From: Chrysomallon squamiferum
Lineage: Eukaryota; Animalia; Mollusca
Assembly (NCBI GenBank): GCA_012295275.1
Contig: CM022674.1
Coordinates: 3,844,001 to 3,908,000, forward strand
Reading direction: 5' to 3'
DNA: 64,000 nt
Shown: positions 58,056 through 64,000 of the stretch, piece by piece
Layout of the letters: each line of letters starts with the position of its first letter
Numbering within the stretch: the stretch's first letter is position 1
Position numbers and translations under genes: made by a program
Notes under the pieces: model-generated
Databases searched by the model: none
What the model was told of the DNA's origin: nothing
What the model saw: the letters and a program-made list of their open reading frames with translations, nothing else

Positions 58056-58354
58056 TTTTTCCCGAGAATGCCATCTATATATTTTCATCAGCCTTCCATC
58101 CACATTAATCTATTCCATTTTAAATTCTATGCATCCATCTAACCGTCCGTCCATCTCTATCAATCAATCAATCAGCTATGCTATCTGGCACACATTCATC
58201 ATTATCATCATCACCATCGTCATCGTCATCATCATCATCATCATCATCTTCTTACATACATACTGCTTCTTCTTTGTTTTCTTCTTCTTCTTGTTCTTCT
58301 TCTACTTCTCCTCCCTTTTCTTCTTCTTTTTCTTCTGTTTTCTTCTTCTTCTTC

Positions 58355-58406
<52 letters not shown>

Positions 58407-58408
58407 AG

Positions 58409-58607
58409 AATTCAGTGGATGTTTAGACAAAGTACTGCGTTGTATCCACGAATCTACACAGATCCTTCTCAACCGCTGAAGAGTCGTTGGGAGTACGTCA
58501 GAGAGCAGATCAAAGAAACACTCCGAGTTCAGGCGATTTTTGGCGAACTTTGCCGACCAATTATGCCGTACAGCATGTGCCAGAATGGAAAGACTTTTTT
58601 CAAAGAG
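58409..58607 (+). CDS. HYAL: Hyaluronidase copy B, exon 4
   Basis: IQWMFRQSTALYPRIY; 199 nt. Confidence 0.92.
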
Positions 58608-58771
58608 GTGTTTTTTTCCTTTCTCCCCCTTTTTCTTTCTTTCTTTTTTTCTTTCTTTCTTTCTTTCTACAAAACAAAGTGTGCGTTATATTTACTGTCA
58701 TGTTTCAGTAACTTAGCAAATGGAGTCGCTGTATTAATAGGTAAAATGTAATTATCGTATCTATATGTAAC

Positions 58772-58803
<32 letters not shown>

Positions 58804-59031
58804 TGTTTAAATCGTTAACTAATTAATATTACGTTTAAATAAACCTACCAGAAAGGAAAAAAAATAATAAGAAGAAAATTTACATATCTTTATATCTTTT
58901 CTTTTCCATCCGTCCTTTAATTAGTACTGTAGGATTTCAGTTTTGTATTAGACATACATATATACAGTGCTATAGTGGTTAATTATTTAATGATAATGAT
59001 GGTGATGATGATGACGACGATGATGATGATG

Positions 59032-59072
<41 letters not shown>

Positions 59073-59103
59073 TATAATTATTATTATTATTATTATTATT
59101 ATA

Positions 59104-59176
<73 letters not shown>

Positions 59177-59208
59177 ACACATTATTATATTCTATTGTTT
59201 TAATTAAG

Positions 59209-59731
59209 GAGGATCTCTCTATTTCCATCAAAGAAGCCGCTGACATGGGTGCATCTGGTGTTATTCTGTGGGGTAGTTCTTCCTGGTTCCACTACCCAAA
59301 TGAATGCAGAAACCTTGAGGAAATACATTCCAGACGTACTCGGACCTTTTGTGAAAAATGTGTCTGATTTTATGACGTCGTGTTGCAAATTTCACTGCAG
59401 CCGTCACGGCAGATGTGTACGCAGAGACTACGAAGCTGTAACGCAGAAACACCTTTTCGAAAACAACAAATCGACATGCCGAAAACCGCGGGCGGAGTAC
59501 GCCGAAGATACACGAAGTAGTTTAACGGAAACACTGGAGTTTGCCCGAAGGAAAGAAAGAGACAGTGCCGACATTGTACGAATGGAGTCAACGAAATACA
59601 TCAGTCGCTTTAATCAAAATGAAAATGCATTTGGTAATGAACGAAAGGATATAAAATCTGATCGTTTCAACAATTACGTTTGTCGATGTTTACCGGGATG
59701 GAAAGGAGCCAGTTGTTCAAGACCGGCATAG
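59209..59731 (+). CDS. HYAL: Hyaluronidase copy B, exon 5, with +1 frameshift near 59315 (possible pseudogene or assembly error)
   Basis: AACCTTGAGG here versus AACCTGAGA in copy C. Homology switches from ORF 58975-59367 to ORF 59249-59731. Confidence 0.88.
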
Positions 59732-59878
59732 AGTCACGTGACAGTCTGCATGTTGACACAACCTGACTCTCTCTATTCAGTTTATATTTGAAATAATTAT
59801 ATATATCAGCTGTTTAATTAATTAGTTAGTCACACGATTGTAACAATGCCCATATATTTGCTAGTAATTAATTAATTA

Positions 59879-59933
<55 letters not shown>

Positions 59934-60199
59934 AAATTTCTAATAAAAGAGTTGATGAAATATATAGCGTGTTTTATTTTTAAAGTGGATTTGAATTAAC
60001 GTTTTCTTTAATGTTTATTTAGTCACTTTCATTTTCCTTCGTACCTACTTTCTGTCATTCTCTGAAAATAAAGAAAAGGTGCATTTGAGTACAATTCAAA
60101 ATCTGTCAGTGTTTTCGTAACCAACATATCAATAAATACTTTATTTTATAGAATAATAACAATAATGATAGCTCAATGATAAAAAATCAACTACCCTAG

Positions 60200-60855
60200 T
60201 AATTATATTGATACGTGATCTATACTGTCTTTGAGTAAGATATCTCAATGATATAGCATCTGCTACTATTCAAAGTATATTCATACGTGATCTATTGTAT
60301 ACTATCTTTGAGTAAGATACCTCAACGATATAGCATTTGCTACTACAGTAAGTATATTCATACGTGATATATTGTATTCCATTTCTGAGTAAGATACCTC
60401 AGTGATATTACATCTACTACACTACTAAGTATATTCATACGAGATCTGTTAGATACCTCTGTGATATAGCATCTGCTACTATAGTAAGTATATTAATACG
60501 TCATTTATTTGAGTAAGATACCTCAGTGATATTACACTATTAAGTGTATTCATACAAGATCTGTTGTATACCATCTCTGAGCAAGATATCTCAATGATAT
60601 AGCATCTGCTACTATTCTAAGTATATTCTTATGTGATCTATTGAGCAAGATACCTCAACGATATAACATCTGCTACACTACTAAGTATATTCATACGTGA
60701 TCTATTGTATATTATATCTGAGTAAGATATCTCAACGATATAACATCTGCTACACTACTAAGTATATTCATACGTGATCCTTTGTATATTATCTCTGAGT
60801 AAGACATCTCAGTGATTATACCATCTACTACACTACTAAGTATATTCATACTTGC
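60200..60855. repeat. Minisatellite of about 60-77 bp, about 9 copies, between convergent hyaluronidases B and C
   Basis: Unit gagtaagatacctcaacgatatagcatctgctac...taagtatattcatacgtgatctattgtata. Confidence 0.9.
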
Positions 60856-61478
60856 ATATCTCACTGGTACAAGTCTTGACAAATTCGACGGATATTGTCT
60901 CAGAAATATGGTAATGAAATGCAGTGGAATTTTTATTTTTTTTTATTTTTCTTGAATCTGTCAACTCTGAATATGAACCTAATTGTCATAACAGGACCAT
61001 CGACAGCTCGTGCCTGACCAGTTTGAGAAACCACAGCGCTAAGTTACGTGTAACTAATTTGTTTTTAATACTGGGCGGATCCAAACATCCATTTGTTTGT
61101 TCCTTCTTTTACACAGTTCCTCTAGGGAACCATAATTGAAATATGCGTAAAAAAAAAAAAAAAAAAAAAAACAAAAAAATGAATATATTAAAATGTTCGC
61201 TTAAAATTACGATTTATTAATGAAAAAAAAAGATTTGCATTATATTTGTACTCGTTTGCAGCTATCCTTTTTTTTTTTTTTTTTTCAGACTAAGCGAGAA
61301 AGTAGCTAGTTTGAGAAATGAATGTGAATAAATATGAATTAAACAAAATGTTAATTTGAATGTACTTTAAAATGAAACTCGCTATAAATTCATTAACTGT
61401 TTTATTACAGATAATAATAATAATTAATTATTTCAAACGTAATCTCTGTGTATAAAATGCAGACATTGTCACGTGACT

Positions 61479-61919
61479 CTATGCCGGTTCAGAACAACGG
61501 GCTCCTTTCCATCCCGGCAAACATCGACAAACGTAATTCTTGAAATCATTATTTCCTTCATTCTGATTCCGGACGTATTTCCCAAAATCGTCTGTTTCCG
61601 TCGAACTGCTTCGTGCATCTTCGTCGGCGTACTCCGCCCTCGGTCGTCTGCATGCCGATTTGTGGTTTTCCAGAAGGTGTTTCTGCGTTATGGCTTCGTA
61701 GTCTCTGCGTACACATCTACCGTGACTGCTGCAGTGACATTTGTAACACGACGTCGTAAAACGAGTCACGTTTCTCACGAAAGGTCCGAGTACGTTTTGA
61801 ATGTAATTTCTCAGGTTGCTGCACGCGTTTGGTAAGTGGAAAAAGGAAGAACTACCCCACAGAACAACCCCGGGGGCACCCATGTCCGCGGCTTCCTTGA
61901 TGGCGATAGAGAGATCCTC
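61479..61919 (-). CDS. HYAL: Hyaluronidase copy C, exon 5
   Basis: EDLSIAIKEAADMGAPGVVLWGS...CRCLPGWKGARC; frame intact. Confidence 0.93.
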   Translation of the reverse strand, partial: EDLSIAIKEAADMGAPGVVLWGSSSFFHLPNACSNLRNYIQNVLGPFVRNVTRFTTSCYKCHCSSHGRCVRRDYEAITQKHLLENHKSACRRPRAEYADEDARSSSTETDDFGKYVRNQNEGNNDFKNYVCRCLPGWKGARCSEPA

Positions 61920-61970
61920 CTTCATTAAAATAGTGGAATATAACATAATAATATTAACAGAAGCAGTAGC

Positions 61971-62003
<33 letters not shown>

Positions 62004-62093
62004 AATATTATTATTATTATTATTAATTAATTAATTAATTATATATACAAACATACATATATACCCACACACACATATATGTATGTATGTATG

Positions 62094-62182
<89 letters not shown>

Positions 62183-62509
62183 TTATTTATTTCAAATACG
62201 AAAGTTAAGTAAAAAATAAATAAAGAAAAGAAAGAAAAGATAGGAAATTACAAAAACGAACATCAAACTTATTTTAGTAATATGTTTTTTCTCCACAGTT
62301 AGAAGCCTTGTTAAAATGTAATACTAATTTATTACTAGCAGAAAATAAATAATTTAATTTTACATTAGATATCGATTTCATTACTGTCACCTGTGAATAT
62401 GGAGACACATTATATATGATAGCTCATAAACATGACACTAAATATAACCTACATGCCAATAATAATGTTGTTGTTTTTTTGTGTATAGAAAGAAAGAAAG
62501 AAATTTCAC

Positions 62510-62708
62510 CTTTTTGAAAAAAGTGTTTCCAACGTGGCACCAACTGTATGGTATAATTGGGAGGCTAAGATCGGCGAACTTCGCTTGAACTCGGAGTGTT
62601 TCGTTAAACTGTCTTCGGAGGTACTGCCAACGTGTTATCAGTGGTTCGTGAGGTTGTGTATAAATCCGTGGATACAGTGCAGTACTTTCCTTAAACATCC
62701 ACGGAATT
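62510..62708 (-). CDS. HYAL: Hyaluronidase copy C, exon 4
   Basis: IPWMFKESTALYPRIY; 199 nt. Confidence 0.92.
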
Positions 62709-62709
62709 C

Positions 62710-62787
<78 letters not shown>

Positions 62788-63116
62788 AAGAAGAAGAAGA
62801 AGAAGAAGAAGCGACTTTGTTCACATTGTTTAAAAATTTTAATCCAAATCTGCGATGTCGTGTTCAAATTTTTGAGATATTTATGATGACCTCGCATGGA
62901 ACAAGCCCGCTGAAGAAGACAGAAGTGATTGTCCAGATCTCGTTGCTGCTTATAGTTAAGCAGATGGTGTTTGACTGATTAGATAGACGGATGGATGTAA
63001 GGACAGACAGACAGACAGACAGACAGATGGGTAGATTGATTCAAAATGGACGCAGGATGGATGTATACGAATGAATGGCTGAATTGCAAAATGGATGTGG
63101 ATGGATGGATGACTTA

Positions 63117-63222
63117 TACAGGGTGTCCCATAAAATTCCATTCTCAATAAACGTTTTTATTTATATAATATGCTCTACATGACTGCCATTATGTTGAAAA
63201 CTGATTTCAGTGCGTGTCCTCC
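63117..63222 (-). mobile_element. Homologous Tc1/mariner remnant in hyaluronidase C intron 3
   Basis: Same transposase tail as 57982-58055, plus the opposite TIR TTTTATGGGACACCCTG-TA. Confidence 0.7.
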
Positions 63223-63228
63223 ACTTAC

Positions 63229-63372
63229 TTGTCGTTGGCGATGGAGGTTGCAGGGTAAGCACAAGTGAGATGATTCTTTGAAACTCCGAAACACCTCGGG
63301 AAACCATAGTAACCCCACGTTGCTTTTGGACGTAGACGTTTTAGTTCTTTCAGTGTCCCCTCCATGAACAGT
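63229..63372 (-). CDS. HYAL: Hyaluronidase copy C, exon 3 (exons 1-2 presumably beyond the window)
   Basis: LFMEGTLKELKRLRPKATWGYYGFPRC; 144 nt. Confidence 0.92.
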
Positions 63373-64000
63373 CTGTTAAAAACACGACTTAAGTGGAACA
63401 GCGTGAATCGTGTTTAGAGTTTCATTTCAGCCTTCACAGAGTTCAGTATTAATTAATTTATTTATTTATTACATTTTAACTTTACATAATATATATTTCA
63501 ACTTTAGATGCATTTTTTAAAGTATTTAAAGTCATATTATTTTATTTTAATTGCGGCTAAAACTTCTCGGGATGCCACGTTTAAAATAAAATTTAAAAAA
63601 AAAGAGAAAGGATCTAACAACTTTGAATAGTACAGCATAACTTTCTTTACACATGAACTTTGATTTCAGTCTTAATTATTTCAAATAATTAGAGATAACG
63701 TGTTAAAAAGAAACTGTGGTATGATATGTGTGTATGTGTGTTTGTGTTTGTGTGTCTGCGTGTGTGCGTGTGTGCGTGTGCATTACATAAAAGGACTTCA
63801 TGCATTTCTTGTTAACCACGAATCCTCTATTTAATACACAAAACTCGACTAAAGTTTGAAACCCACACTAGAAAGGTTTTTTTTCAGTTAGAAGCAATAA
63901 TACGTGTGAAATCGTGAGACTAAAAGTCTATACGAAAGGCTCTCATGGCGCTAATCAACACTTCAACAGCATAAACCAAGCATTTAAAAATTAATTAATT

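Overview
Eukaryotic (metazoan) genomic DNA, very AT-rich and dense in microsatellites; the style suggests a mollusc such as a cephalopod, but that is inference. Most ORFs in the supplied track are translated microsatellites, so genes were rebuilt by hand from splice sites and reading phase. Left half: the 3' part of a Ski/SnoN co-repressor gene (+, 6 exons, 2075-13378) converges on a FAAP20-like UBZ gene (-, 4 exons, 25801-29502, with an apparent frameshift); SKI and FAAP20 are also neighbours in human. Right half: a cluster of secreted-protein genes. A reeler-like gene (+, 36493-48275) has two duplicated alternative first exons. Its last intron holds an antisense gene for a small 10-Cys secreted protein with one first exon and two duplicated alternative last exons. 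Three GH56 hyaluronidase paralogs follow (-, +, -): copy B carries a +1 frameshift and copy C is cut by the window edge. Both complete copies appear to need a non-canonical AG/TTAAGT donor at intron 2. Four promoters in the cluster carry TCACGTGA, and TGACGTCA is frequent throughout it.
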